In this document: piece by piece, positions 26,116 to 37,087 of the stretch
Layout: each line of letters starts with the position of its first letter
Position numbering within the stretch: position 1 is the stretch's first letter
Source: a bacterium
GTDB lineage: Bacteria > Zhuqueibacterota > Zhuqueibacteria > Oceanimicrobiales > Oceanimicrobiaceae
NCBI GenBank assembly: GCA_037446635.1
Contig: JBBIIG010000001.1
Coordinates: 1 to 42,696 of the forward strand
Direction: 5' to 3'
DNA length: 42,696 nt
Notes under the pieces: model-generated
The model's database searches: none
What the model was told of the DNA's origin: nothing
Seen by the model: the letters and a program-made list of their open reading frames with translations, nothing else
Translations under genes and position numbers: made by a program

Positions 26116-27753
26116 CTAATTCTTAGATGCGCCATTTTTATTTTCTCGCTGCCGTTTGGAGCTATTCGGTTTCACCTGCGGCTTCGCCGTGATCGCGTCG
26201 ATGGATTCCGGCAGGCGGGTATTTTTGATCGCCTGCGTCTCCGGCTGGCCAAACAGCTCTGGCTCTAAAAAGTGGTTTTGTTCAGTCGGCGTTTTGGCCT
26301 GCTCGACCGGAATGCGATGCGCCTCGGCAAAGGCGTCTTTGCGAATGCCGGTCACCTGCCACGACACCTCGCCGCCGGGGACGCCGCCAGCAATCTTGAA
26401 TTGCCGGTTAGCCATTTTCTCGGCGATGTAGAGATTCGGCCCGGGCGCGCCAATGGGGGTGAGCTGGTAGCGAAAATCGCGATTGAGCGCCTCGAACCAT
26501 TCCGGCATTTCCACCACCGCCTCACCGTTAGCGTCCAGAGTGACATTGCCGTTGTAAACGTTCATCATGTCCGGACTTTCCACGAAGGAGTGGTTGAGAT
26601 ATTTATTGGCCGGATCGAGCGGGTGGTCGATCTGAAATCCGCCGCCTTGTTTGAAGAGGAAGCCGGTGACGGTAACGCTTCCACTAAAAAAACCAGCCGA
26701 ACCGGTGGAATTGGCGTGCTCAGCAAAAATGGTGGAGAAAGGGTTGGTACTATTGTCGATCCGAAAGAACCCAGCATTGTTTTGACCATTGGTTCTCCCC
26801 ACCACTGCTACTCCTTGACTGGTCGGATTATCCACCTGGAAAAAACCGCCGGTACTGTTAATACTGGCGCCAGTATTGAAGCCTAACACCGCGGTAACTT
26901 GTCCATCTGTAATGCCAGCGAGGGCCGCGGCCTGACTGTTGGGATTATTGGTTTCAAAAAGGCCGGTGTTGCCGAGGCCGATATTAAAAACTTCCAACAC
27001 GTTACTGGTTTCGAGGTCATCGATAATTTCGTAGAAGCCGGCCGGCCCAGCCTCCGCCACTACGTCCAGTTTGGCAAACGGGAAGTTCGTGCCCACGCCG
27101 ACGTTGCCGTCTTCGTCAACAAACACCACGTCGGTTGGATTGCCGTCGGCGGCGTCGAGGGAGTGGCCGTCGCCGGCGCCGCCACCGCCGCTGGCGGAAA
27201 TCGTGATGTTGCTGCCGCTGGGGGTGATGGTAACATTCGTGCCGCCGACCAACGTCACGTCGTCCCGTAAATTATTGAGGCTTTTCACCACCTGCCCACC
27301 GGCGATTTTACCAGCGGTTACAGAGTTGTTCGCTAAATCGGCGTTGACAATCGCGCCGTCGGCCACGCCGTCGGATTCGGTGGAGCGCACCGCGTAGGCC
27401 ACGCTGGCCAGCCGGAAGCGCGGCGTCATTTCCGAGTCGGTTCCAACGCGCACGCCTAAAAAGCGGTCGCCGGCGCCGGTAAATAAATTATTGGGAATGG
27501 CGGTCACGCTGCCAATCAGCACGTTGAACACGCCGTCGCTGACATTGACATTTTGCGTTTCCGAATAAAGCGCCGTGCCGCCATTTGCAACGTTATAAAT
27601 TGAAAAAACCATGCTGAACGTGCCGTTGGCCGGGCTGGCGCCCTGATTGAGCCGCCCCTGGTAGTTGATGAGCTGGGGGGCTTGCGCCATTAAAATGTTG
27701 ACCGACAATGTAATGGCCAAAATAATGAAAAAAAACGAAACCATATTCTTCAT
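26116..27753 (-). CDS. Secreted beta-rich protein with a fibre/tailspike-like architecture, function unknown
   Basis: Signal peptide, N-terminal QAPQLINYQGRL...FNVLIGS...PRFRLASVAYA domain, GNVGVGT motif, G/N-rich ~25-aa repeats and a C-terminal FQIDHPLDPANKYLNHSFVESPDMMNVYNG domain. GGAGG RBS. Confidence 0.7.
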   Translation of the reverse strand: MKNMVSFFFIILAITLSVNILMAQAPQLINYQGRLNQGASPANGTFSMVFSIYNVANGGTALYSETQNVNVSDGVFNVLIGSVTAIPNNLFTGAGDRFLGVRVGTDSEMTPRFRLASVAYAVRSTESDGVADGAIVNADLANNSVTAGKIAGGQVVKSLNNLRDDVTLVGGTNVTITPSGSNITISASGGGGAGDGHSLDAADGNPTDVVFVDEDGNVGVGTNFPFAKLDVVAEAGPAGFYEIIDDLETSNVLEVFNIGLGNTGLFETNNPNSQAAALAGITDGQVTAVLGFNTGASINSTGGFFQVDNPTSQGVAVVGRTNGQNNAGFFRIDNSTNPFSTIFAEHANSTGSAGFFSGSVTVTGFLFKQGGGFQIDHPLDPANKYLNHSFVESPDMMNVYNGNVTLDANGEAVVEMPEWFEALNRDFRYQLTPIGAPGPNLYIAEKMANRQFKIAGGVPGGEVSWQVTGIRKDAFAEAHRIPVEQAKTPTEQNHFLEPELFGQPETQAIKNTRLPESIDAITAKPQVKPNSSKRQRENKNGASKN

Positions 27754-27927
27754 GTTTATTCCCTCCTGATGTTCTGGTTAGAAAAGTTCTATTTTTGTGT
27801 TTTTTTGTGTATCGAATGATTCTCAACTCTTTTTACCCAGTGCGCGGCCGCAGGGCGACGATTTTTGGATCGGCTTTTAACCGCTGAGACCAGCGAATGG
27901 TCCCATCAATTTTGAAAAGAAAAATAT

Positions 27928-28548
27928 TTAGGGATTCGGCGGCAGCACTGGCGGCGTTGGAAGCTGCTGGCCGCCGTTTCCGCCGCCCCCGCCGCCTCCG
28001 CCGGCCAGCGCCACCGCCACTCCCGCCGCTACCGCGCCGCCGCCAATCAAAAACCACTTTGTGCTGCCGCCTTTTTTACGGGGCTGCGCTGGCACAACCG
28101 GCTTTTCTGCCTCTTTCTTGGGCTCAGCGGGCTCCGTTTTGGGAGGCGGCGGCTTTTGCGCCTCCATCTCTTTGATCACTTCTTCCGCGAGATTTACAAA
28201 CGAGGGCGTTTCTAAATCCGGATTCGGCCGCCAGTTGGGAATCAGCTCCAACAATTTTTTTAAATTTTCTTTTGATTGAACCAGCAAGCCTTTGGCGTGA
28301 TAGGCCTTGCCCAACAGCTTGTAGGCGTTCTCGCTTTCCTCCAGGCTCAGCCCTTTTTGATCGAGGCAGCGGTTGACGAGAGTGATGGTTTCGTCCAACA
28401 GGCCTTCCTCGTATTTGCTTTCGGCCTGTTTGAGAATGTCGCCGCATTTGTCCTGCGACTGCGCGGCCAGCGGCGCCACCACATCGAGAATACAAAACAG
28501 CGATGTGGCCAGAATGAGAAATGCCACGAGGATTGGTTTGAGAAACAT
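27928..28548 (-). CDS. Exported TPR-like protein with a Pro/Lys linker and a C-terminal hydrophobic Gly-rich tail
   Basis: Signal peptide, helical TPR-like AYKLLGKAYHAKG, KWFLIGGGAVAAGVAVALAGGGGGGGG and a Pro-rich end. GGAGG RBS. Confidence 0.72.
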   Translation of the reverse strand: MFLKPILVAFLILATSLFCILDVVAPLAAQSQDKCGDILKQAESKYEEGLLDETITLVNRCLDQKGLSLEESENAYKLLGKAYHAKGLLVQSKENLKKLLELIPNWRPNPDLETPSFVNLAEEVIKEMEAQKPPPPKTEPAEPKKEAEKPVVPAQPRKKGGSTKWFLIGGGAVAAGVAVALAGGGGGGGGNGGQQLPTPPVLPPNP

Positions 28549-28573
28549 AGGATTTTCCTCCCGGTTGTCTTTT

Positions 28574-28658
28574 TGTCAATTGTCAGTCGTCCGTTGTCAG
28601 TTGTTTCGTGGAGCGTTGTTCGCAAAAACCACTAACTACGGACCACTGACAACGGACA
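28574..28658. repeat. Heptamer tandem repeats (TGTCAGT/ACTGACA) in inverted arrangement
   Basis: tgtcaat tgtcagt cgtccgt tgtcagt ... actaact acggacc actgaca acggaca. The 15-mer CCACTGACAACGGAC is shared with 37056-37070. Confidence 0.75.
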
Positions 28659-28661
28659 AAG

Positions 28662-30551
<1,890 letters not shown>

Positions 30552-30693
30552 AAAAATCGCTGCGTCTAAAGCGTCCCCCGCCAATAAATGTTGAGCCAGA
30601 TTTTAAATTACGAAAGCCCGGAATAACTTGAGAAGAGTGGTGCGAAAAACTAAAGCAAGTATAACCAAACCAGTTTTGAAAATCAAGATATTT

Positions 30694-30721
30694 GTAGGGG
30701 CGTATTGCAATACGCCCCTAC
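30694..30721. repeat. Perfect 28-bp GTAG-type REP palindrome that supplies the stop codon of the 1725-aa gene
   Basis: GTAGGGGCGTATTGCAATACGCCCCTAC. The minus-strand TAG at 30720-30718 is the gene's stop. Confidence 0.85.
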
Positions 30722-33700
30722 CGAATCAGCGCCAGCTTGCGCGTCGCCAGCAATTCGCCGGATTTGAGCCGATACAGGTACACGCCGCTGGAGACCTCGC
30801 GGCCAAGATCGTCGCGGCCATCCCAATTTACAACATGCTCGCCGGCGTTTTGAGTTTGATCCACTAACGTGCGTACGCTCTGCCCGAGCAAATTGTAAAT
30901 TGCCAATTTCACCGGGCCCGTTTTGTCGAGCTGATAACGAATGGTTGTTTCCGGATTGAACGGGTTGGGATAATTTTGCGCGAGCGCAAATTCCAGCGGC
31001 GCCAGCGGAATGCCGCCGCTGGATTCTTCGGCGAACTCCGGCGCGCCCACGATGACCTTGAACTGCCGGCTCGAAAATTCCTCGCTCAATTCGACTTTAA
31101 ATTGGTTGCCCGCAAGCGGCACTCGCTTGCGAAGGTTCGAGTCCAACACAAAAATCTCAAAGCCACTTGGCCGGCTGCCCAATTCCGTTAGCGTGATGAC
31201 GGCCGTTTGATTGGGCAGGGTGGAAGCGACTTCAATTTCCCACTCGTGGCCGAGTTCGTTGAGCGGCTTGAAATTGCCGGCGAAGCGCCGGTGGCTTTCG
31301 ATGATCGACAGCCGGATGAAATTTTCGATTAGCGGCGGCTCATGAAAATCGAGTCCATCCAAACCCTCGCCGGCGCGTTCCACGAATCCGAGATAGTTTT
31401 GCTGGTCGGTGGATTTCACGCCGGGAATCGCCGCGCCCAGTTTCAAAACGTAATCGCTGCGGCCGAGATCAAATCCCGGCGGCGCAATGGCCTGCGGCGA
31501 ATTTTGCGTTTCGATTGGCAAGAAAGTTAAGGTTATCGGGATGAGTTCCAAGTTGTTCACGAAATAGCCTTCCCACGGCGAAAGGATGGTCTGGCTTACA
31601 TATTGATTATCGCCAACAAATAACTGCGGGTCGTCGACGTTGCCGCTTTTGGCCACGGTGTTCCAGTCCACGTTGAAGGCGAATGGGTTGGCGATCTGAT
31701 TGAACCCCGGTTGCAACGTGAGAATGACCGGTTCCGCCGAATCCACCGATTGCGCATTTTCGATATCAAAAATCCCGCCTTCGCGAGTGATGAGCCAAAA
31801 GGCGTTGCCAGGGAGAAATGCCGCGGCGATATCTTCGTGTTCGGCGTAGGCGCCGTTTTCAAAACGGAAGATGCGCCACTGGCGGGGGAGAACGTCGTAC
31901 GGGCCGAGATCATCCAACAGCACGGAATCGATGTTGGTGTTGGCCAACGCCAACGGCACGGAGATCATTTTGTAAATCTGCGGCTCGAGGGTGGATTGAA
32001 AATCGAGCCGGGGCACCTGTACTCGCAGAACCGCCGGAGTGTTAATGGGGTCAGTGGCCGGGAAGGTGACAATGGTTTCGCCATCGGAGAGGGAGACGTA
32101 ATATTCCACGCCGCGGATAGTCATAAAACCCGAAGGAATCGTTCCCAGCAAATTGTTGCCTGCGGAAGTCAGGGCGGTGGTCTGGTAGCCGCTTTCGCCG
32201 GTGCGGCGGAAGAAAAGCTCAGCGGTCGAAGCCTGAAAATTTGCCGGCGGCGTGACGAGGATGGTAGCGTCGCTGCCGGCTGCGGTGACGACCGGCGGCT
32301 GCACAGTGATGTCACCCACCGATTGCCGATTGGCAAACACTTTCAACTCGCTAAAGCCGCCGCAATCCGGACTTTCGTGGCCAACGAGCAAGAGCAACAC
32401 CGAGCGGCCGGTGACGTTGGGATGCACGGCAACATCGGAATCCGGAGTTCCGGCCAAAGCTACTGTCTCCGCGAACACCACGGCACCGGCGGCATCTAAA
32501 ACTTGCACGGTTATTTGATCGAAACCAAAACTCCGCGCAAACTCCGGGTGCAGCGCGTTGGAGAGCACCGCCACGGTGGTGATGAGATCGTCGCGGGTGC
32601 CAGTCCATCGGAAAGTAGAGGTGTCGCCATCGGCGATTTCGCCGGCGGAAAACCAGGAGGTGGCGCGGTCGCCATCGACTGCCAGGGCAGCCGCAAAATT
32701 GGCGGAGAATTCAGAGGAAGCTTGCAGCGCGCCTTCGGAGGTGATGTCGGTTTCGTTAGCGTTGAGCGCCAGGCCGCTCAATCCAACCGTGTCCGGGCTG
32801 CTGACCGCGTTGCTGGAAAGAATGAGCGCCGCCTGTTTTATCCCCTGCGACTGCGGAAAGAAATCGACGTCAAAGTTTTCAGGCTGCTCTGGCTGCACGA
32901 CCACGGAACCGCTGGGAATCGCAAATTCACTGACGTTGCTTCCGACCAGCGTACTGGTGATCGTTATATCTTCGCTGCCGCCGGTGTTTGTCAGGGTAAT
33001 CCTGGCTGAGCGGCCGCTGTTTGTAAATAACTCGCCGAAGTAGATGAAGCGGGGAGAAATGGAGAGAGTAGATTGCGCCACGATCAGATTGATCGGGCGG
33101 TGTGAGAGAGTAAGGTCGGTGGCGACCCCATTTGTGATATCACAGGTGTAAACGCCAGCGTCCGCCGGGGTGACCGAAGCGATGGTAAGGGTATCGCCGG
33201 TTGGCTCACCAAAAATGGACTTGCCATCTTTGAACCATTCATAAATATTGTTAAAGCCGCCAACCGTAGCCGACATGACCACTTGGCTTCCCGGCAGCGC
33301 CACGATGATTTGCGGCTTCCCCACGCTATCCTGTGGCGAATAGATGAAACCGGAAATGCCGATGTTGGGCTCGATATCCTCGAAGGTGAAACGATTGTTC
33401 TGAATCTGCAATATGTTTAATGCGGAAATAGAGGAAAGATCTGGTAGATCGATAAGCTGATTATTGTCTATATGTAACTGTTCAAGGTTGACTAAATTAC
33501 GAAACTCAATGGGAACATTGCCTGAAAGTCGATTACTCGCAAGTACCATCTCTCTCAAGTTGGTTAAGTTACCTATTTCAGATGGAATGGTTCCTGAAAA
33601 TTGATTAAATGAAAGATCTAACGTTCGCAGATTGGTTAAGCTACCAATCTCTATTGGGATTGTACCAGAGAGTTGATTACCCACAAGAATCAACTCGATC

Positions 33701-35895
33701 AAGTTAGTTAGGTTTCCGATATTGGGTGGAATGGGGCCAGACAGTTGATTGTTTGCCAAAGACAAGAATGTCAGATTGGTTAGGTTGCCAATTTCGTTTG
33801 GAATAGTTCCAGAAAGTAGATTATCATGAAGCACTATTTCTGTTAGATTTGTTAAATTTCCAATAGTATTAGGTAGCGTGCCCAATAAATTATTATTTAC
33901 TAAATTCAATTGCGTGACGCGATCCCCTTCGACCGTCACGCCAAACCACGTTGAAACCGGCGCGCTGGTCAACCAATTGGTGTTATTCGTCCAGTTGGGG
34001 CCGTCGGTGCTGTTGAACAAATCCACTAGCACCAGGGAATCCGCGATCGAAACGCCCGTGACGGTGGTCGCTATGCTGCGCCAGACACCGGCGTTTCGGG
34101 TGCCAGCCAGCAGAAATCCTTGCGAATCCAGCCGCAATACCGTCACGGTAGTGTTGGTGAGACCAATGTTATCCAAAGCCTCCCAATTGTCGCCATTGTT
34201 AGTGGAGCGATAAACTCCGCCGAACACGCCAGCAAAAACGTTATTCCGGGAATTCACCGCCAGCGCGTGCACCCCCAGTCCGACTAAACCGGTATTGACG
34301 CGCGTCCAGCTATCGCCGTTATTGGTGGAGCGGAACACACCGTCATTGCTTTCCGAGCCGGCAAAAATATGCCCTTGGCTGTTGCTGGCAAAAGCTCGGA
34401 TGTCCAAACTGGTTAAACCGCTATTGACCTGCGTCCAGCTATCACCATTGTTGGTGGAACGGAAAATTCCCGCGTCGAAGGTGCCGGCAAAAAGACTGCC
34501 GTTGGGATGGACGAATATGTCAAACACCCCACCGCTGACCAAACCGTTGGTGAGCGCTTCCCAACTCGCGCCGTTGTTGGTGGAGCGAAAGAGGTTGGCG
34601 TTGCCAAAGACCGTCCCAACAAAAATATCACCCGCCGGCTTGATAGCGAGCGCCTCGACAAACGTGCTGAACAAACCTGTGTTCACTGGTGTCCAAGTGT
34701 CGCCGCCATCCTGCGATCGGAAAACACCTGAAGTCGGTACGCCAACAAAAATATTGCCGTTGGGGTGGACGGCTATCGCCCGCACATCGTTGAGAGGCAA
34801 GCCTTTGTCGGTGGTCGTTACCCAGGTAGCGCCGGCATCTCTGGAGTAGTGAATGCCGCCGCCGCGCGTGCCAGCAAAGGTATGGTTGCTTGAATTAAGG
34901 GCGAGGTCAAAGACATCCGTGACAACGATCCCGTTGTTGGCCTCGGCCCAGGTGTCGCCATTATCGAGCGAACGATAAAAGCCATTAATCGCTCCGGCAA
35001 AGGCGTGGCCGCTGCCATTGGCGGCCATCGCCAGCGTTTGATTAAGAACAAAAGGTAGCGTAACCTCCGTCCAGCTTCCGCCAAAGTCTCCGGACTTAAA
35101 CACACCGCGTCCGAACGTGCCCGCCAAAAGCACGCTTGCGCCGTTGACGATGGTGGTGAGCGAGCGGATATTGCGATCGGTTATATTGGAGCTAATATCC
35201 GACCAACTGTCGCCATCGGTGGACATGAAGATGCCGTTGGCGGTGCCGGCAAAAAATCGGCCGGCCTGGTTTACGATCAACGCTTGTACCGTGGTATCGG
35301 TAAGGCCGGTGTTGATTGGCACCCAGGTGGCGCCGTCGTTGAAAGAACGAAAGACACCGTTAATCGTGCCGGCAAGGACTTCGCCGGCGATATCGGTTGT
35401 GAGAGCGCGTATATCGACGCTCGTTAAGCTGGTATCCACCGGCGTCCAAGTGTCGCCGTTATTGCTGGAAACGAAGGCGCCAGCGCTGCGGGTACCAGCA
35501 TAAATATCACCGTTCGGGCGGGCCGTCAGCGATTGAATGAAGAGATCCGTCAGCCCGGAGGCTCGAAGCAGCCAACTGTCGCCGTTGTCGGTGGAGCGGT
35601 ACACTCCGCCGGAGGTTCCGGCAAAGACGTCGCCGGCGTCGTTGATGGCGAGAGCGTTCACAGACGTGACAAACAACCCGTTGTTGATGGGCGTCCAGGT
35701 GTCGCCGTTATCAAGGGAGCGATACATGCCGTTGATCGTGCCGGCAAAAATATCTTCTTCGCGATTTACCGCCAGGGCGTGAATTTGCCCGCCCGGCGGT
35801 CCGCTGGTTTGCTGCCAGAATTGGGCGAAGGCTGGCGCGTTTAAGCAAAACAGAAAAAATGTATAGACGATTTTATTGCGATGCACGCAAAGCAT
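30718..35895 (-). CDS. Giant secreted multidomain protein: BNR/VPS10-like propellers, plant-type LRR, Ig domain, ASH-like Ig domain, discoidin-like domain, shared module and FlgD-Ig/T9SS-type C-terminal domain
   Basis: Signal peptide ending AFA-Q and about 14 GVYRSTDNGDSW Asp-box repeats. An LRR cap is followed by 24-aa LTNLxxLxLxxNQLSGxIPxxIGN repeats. Also YEWFKDG...DAGVYTCDI, ASSEF...AVDGDRATSW and LAQNYPNPFNPETTIRY. Confidence 0.88.
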   Translation of the reverse strand: MLCVHRNKIVYTFFLFCLNAPAFAQFWQQTSGPPGGQIHALAVNREEDIFAGTINGMYRSLDNGDTWTPINNGLFVTSVNALAINDAGDVFAGTSGGVYRSTDNGDSWLLRASGLTDLFIQSLTARPNGDIYAGTRSAGAFVSSNNGDTWTPVDTSLTSVDIRALTTDIAGEVLAGTINGVFRSFNDGATWVPINTGLTDTTVQALIVNQAGRFFAGTANGIFMSTDGDSWSDISSNITDRNIRSLTTIVNGASVLLAGTFGRGVFKSGDFGGSWTEVTLPFVLNQTLAMAANGSGHAFAGAINGFYRSLDNGDTWAEANNGIVVTDVFDLALNSSNHTFAGTRGGGIHYSRDAGATWVTTTDKGLPLNDVRAIAVHPNGNIFVGVPTSGVFRSQDGGDTWTPVNTGLFSTFVEALAIKPAGDIFVGTVFGNANLFRSTNNGASWEALTNGLVSGGVFDIFVHPNGSLFAGTFDAGIFRSTNNGDSWTQVNSGLTSLDIRAFASNSQGHIFAGSESNDGVFRSTNNGDSWTRVNTGLVGLGVHALAVNSRNNVFAGVFGGVYRSTNNGDNWEALDNIGLTNTTVTVLRLDSQGFLLAGTRNAGVWRSIATTVTGVSIADSLVLVDLFNSTDGPNWTNNTNWLTSAPVSTWFGVTVEGDRVTQLNLVNNNLLGTLPNTIGNLTNLTEIVLHDNLLSGTIPNEIGNLTNLTFLSLANNQLSGPIPPNIGNLTNLIELILVGNQLSGTIPIEIGSLTNLRTLDLSFNQFSGTIPSEIGNLTNLREMVLASNRLSGNVPIEFRNLVNLEQLHIDNNQLIDLPDLSSISALNILQIQNNRFTFEDIEPNIGISGFIYSPQDSVGKPQIIVALPGSQVVMSATVGGFNNIYEWFKDGKSIFGEPTGDTLTIASVTPADAGVYTCDITNGVATDLTLSHRPINLIVAQSTLSISPRFIYFGELFTNSGRSARITLTNTGGSEDITITSTLVGSNVSEFAIPSGSVVVQPEQPENFDVDFFPQSQGIKQAALILSSNAVSSPDTVGLSGLALNANETDITSEGALQASSEFSANFAAALAVDGDRATSWFSAGEIADGDTSTFRWTGTRDDLITTVAVLSNALHPEFARSFGFDQITVQVLDAAGAVVFAETVALAGTPDSDVAVHPNVTGRSVLLLLVGHESPDCGGFSELKVFANRQSVGDITVQPPVVTAAGSDATILVTPPANFQASTAELFFRRTGESGYQTTALTSAGNNLLGTIPSGFMTIRGVEYYVSLSDGETIVTFPATDPINTPAVLRVQVPRLDFQSTLEPQIYKMISVPLALANTNIDSVLLDDLGPYDVLPRQWRIFRFENGAYAEHEDIAAAFLPGNAFWLITREGGIFDIENAQSVDSAEPVILTLQPGFNQIANPFAFNVDWNTVAKSGNVDDPQLFVGDNQYVSQTILSPWEGYFVNNLELIPITLTFLPIETQNSPQAIAPPGFDLGRSDYVLKLGAAIPGVKSTDQQNYLGFVERAGEGLDGLDFHEPPLIENFIRLSIIESHRRFAGNFKPLNELGHEWEIEVASTLPNQTAVITLTELGSRPSGFEIFVLDSNLRKRVPLAGNQFKVELSEEFSSRQFKVIVGAPEFAEESSGGIPLAPLEFALAQNYPNPFNPETTIRYQLDKTGPVKLAIYNLLGQSVRTLVDQTQNAGEHVVNWDGRDDLGREVSSGVYLYRLKSGELLATRKLALIR

Positions 35896-35910
35896 GTTTT
35901 TCCTCCGAGA

Positions 35911-37005
35911 TTAAAAACTGGCATTGAGACCGGCGCCGATTTCAAAGCCGGTCAAATTCGGTCCGTCCTTAAAACTCCCGGCAAAGAACTTGAATGCCAC
36001 TGGCACCGTCACACCGCGCGACACAGCAAACTCCGGCGCCAGGCCGCCGCCAAATAAATCGACGCCACTGAATGGGGCTGCGGTCTTTTCATAGAATCTG
36101 CCCTCAGCCAAGATTCGCAAATAGATGCGCGGATTCATTCGCAGTCGGTAGTGCGTCATCACTTCAAATTGTTTGGGATTAGAATTCTCCGTTTCCTTAA
36201 CCAGCGCTTGTCCGAGAATGACCGCCTGCTCGTTTTTGGCGCGGCTGCGGAAACGCGCGAACAGCCAAAAATCGTTGAAGCCGAAATATCTGCGGAATTG
36301 TGCGTTGAGCACGAGCCGATTGCCGGGAGCAAAAACTTCGTCGTCGCCGATTTTGTCGGTGCCAAAGAGCGTGAAAATGGCGTCGGCGCTGAAGGTGGCC
36401 GCGCTGCCGAGCCGGGCATCAAAGCCGCCGGTGATGAGGATTTCGTCGCCGGGGCTGTAATCTTTCACCAGCGCCTCGAGGGGCTTGAAACTCCCTTTAT
36501 ATTGATAGGAAGCACCAAGTCCGAAAACAAAACGCTCGCCTGCGGGAATCGCCCAGGTGAAGCCGGCGCTGATGTTCAACCCCTGGCCAAAGTTGGGGGT
36601 GTTGAGATTAAAAATGTTGTTGCTGATGAGTCCAGAGGTGGTGAACTCGTCGAAGGAGAGTTTCTTTTTGCCGGTGGGCAAATTGAATCCGAGGTTCAAA
36701 ACCAGATTGGCGTTTTCGATAAGATAAGCGAAACTCAACTGTGTGTCGGTGATTCCGCTGACACTTTCGAGGTTGTCGCCCGTGGCACTGGCGCCGTTGC
36801 CGCGCAGAGTAACGCTGAGATTGCGATTCACCGGATAATAAATTGAAAGCGGAATGGTGATTTCAGAAAAGTCGAGTGAGTCATGCAGCGACCAACTCTG
36901 GTAGTTGAAGTGAAGCCGGGCGCTGGCGGTCTGGCTGATGATTTGGTTATATGATAGGGAGGTCGATGCGATCACGATCAATAACGCTGAACAAAACTTT
37001 TTCAT
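35911..37005 (-). CDS. Predicted outer-membrane beta-barrel protein
   Basis: Signal peptide MKKFCS with GGAGG 6 nt upstream, DTQLSFAY...LGFNLPTGK, alternating strands and a C-terminal GLNASF. Confidence 0.75.
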   Translation of the reverse strand: MKKFCSALLIVIASTSLSYNQIISQTASARLHFNYQSWSLHDSLDFSEITIPLSIYYPVNRNLSVTLRGNGASATGDNLESVSGITDTQLSFAYLIENANLVLNLGFNLPTGKKKLSFDEFTTSGLISNNIFNLNTPNFGQGLNISAGFTWAIPAGERFVFGLGASYQYKGSFKPLEALVKDYSPGDEILITGGFDARLGSAATFSADAIFTLFGTDKIGDDEVFAPGNRLVLNAQFRRYFGFNDFWLFARFRSRAKNEQAVILGQALVKETENSNPKQFEVMTHYRLRMNPRIYLRILAEGRFYEKTAAPFSGVDLFGGGLAPEFAVSRGVTVPVAFKFFAGSFKDGPNLTGFEIGAGLNASF

Positions 37006-37020
37006 TTTCTTCCTCCGGTT

Positions 37021-37085
37021 GGTCATTAGTCAATTGATATTGGTGTGTCAATCAGCCACTGACAACGGACTACAGACGAATGACA
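37021..37085. repeat. Second heptamer-repeat element (ACTGACA family)
   Basis: ggtcatt agtcaat ... actgaca acggact acagacg aatgaca. It shares a 15-mer with 28643-28657. Confidence 0.65.
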
Positions 37086-37087
37086 AA

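Noticed and set aside
26116..27753. Prophage remnant
   Set aside because: The gene has a Sec signal peptide and host-like composition, with no integrase, capsid or terminase genes nearby.
30628..30867. 79-aa plus-strand ORF containing VGAYCNTPL
   Set aside because: That peptide is simply the translation of the REP palindrome, and the remainder is antisense to the giant gene.
34080..35800. Periodic DNA similarity suggesting a CRISPR array or DNA repeat
   Set aside because: It reflects Asp-box/BNR protein repeats within an open frame, with no identical repeats separated by unique spacers.
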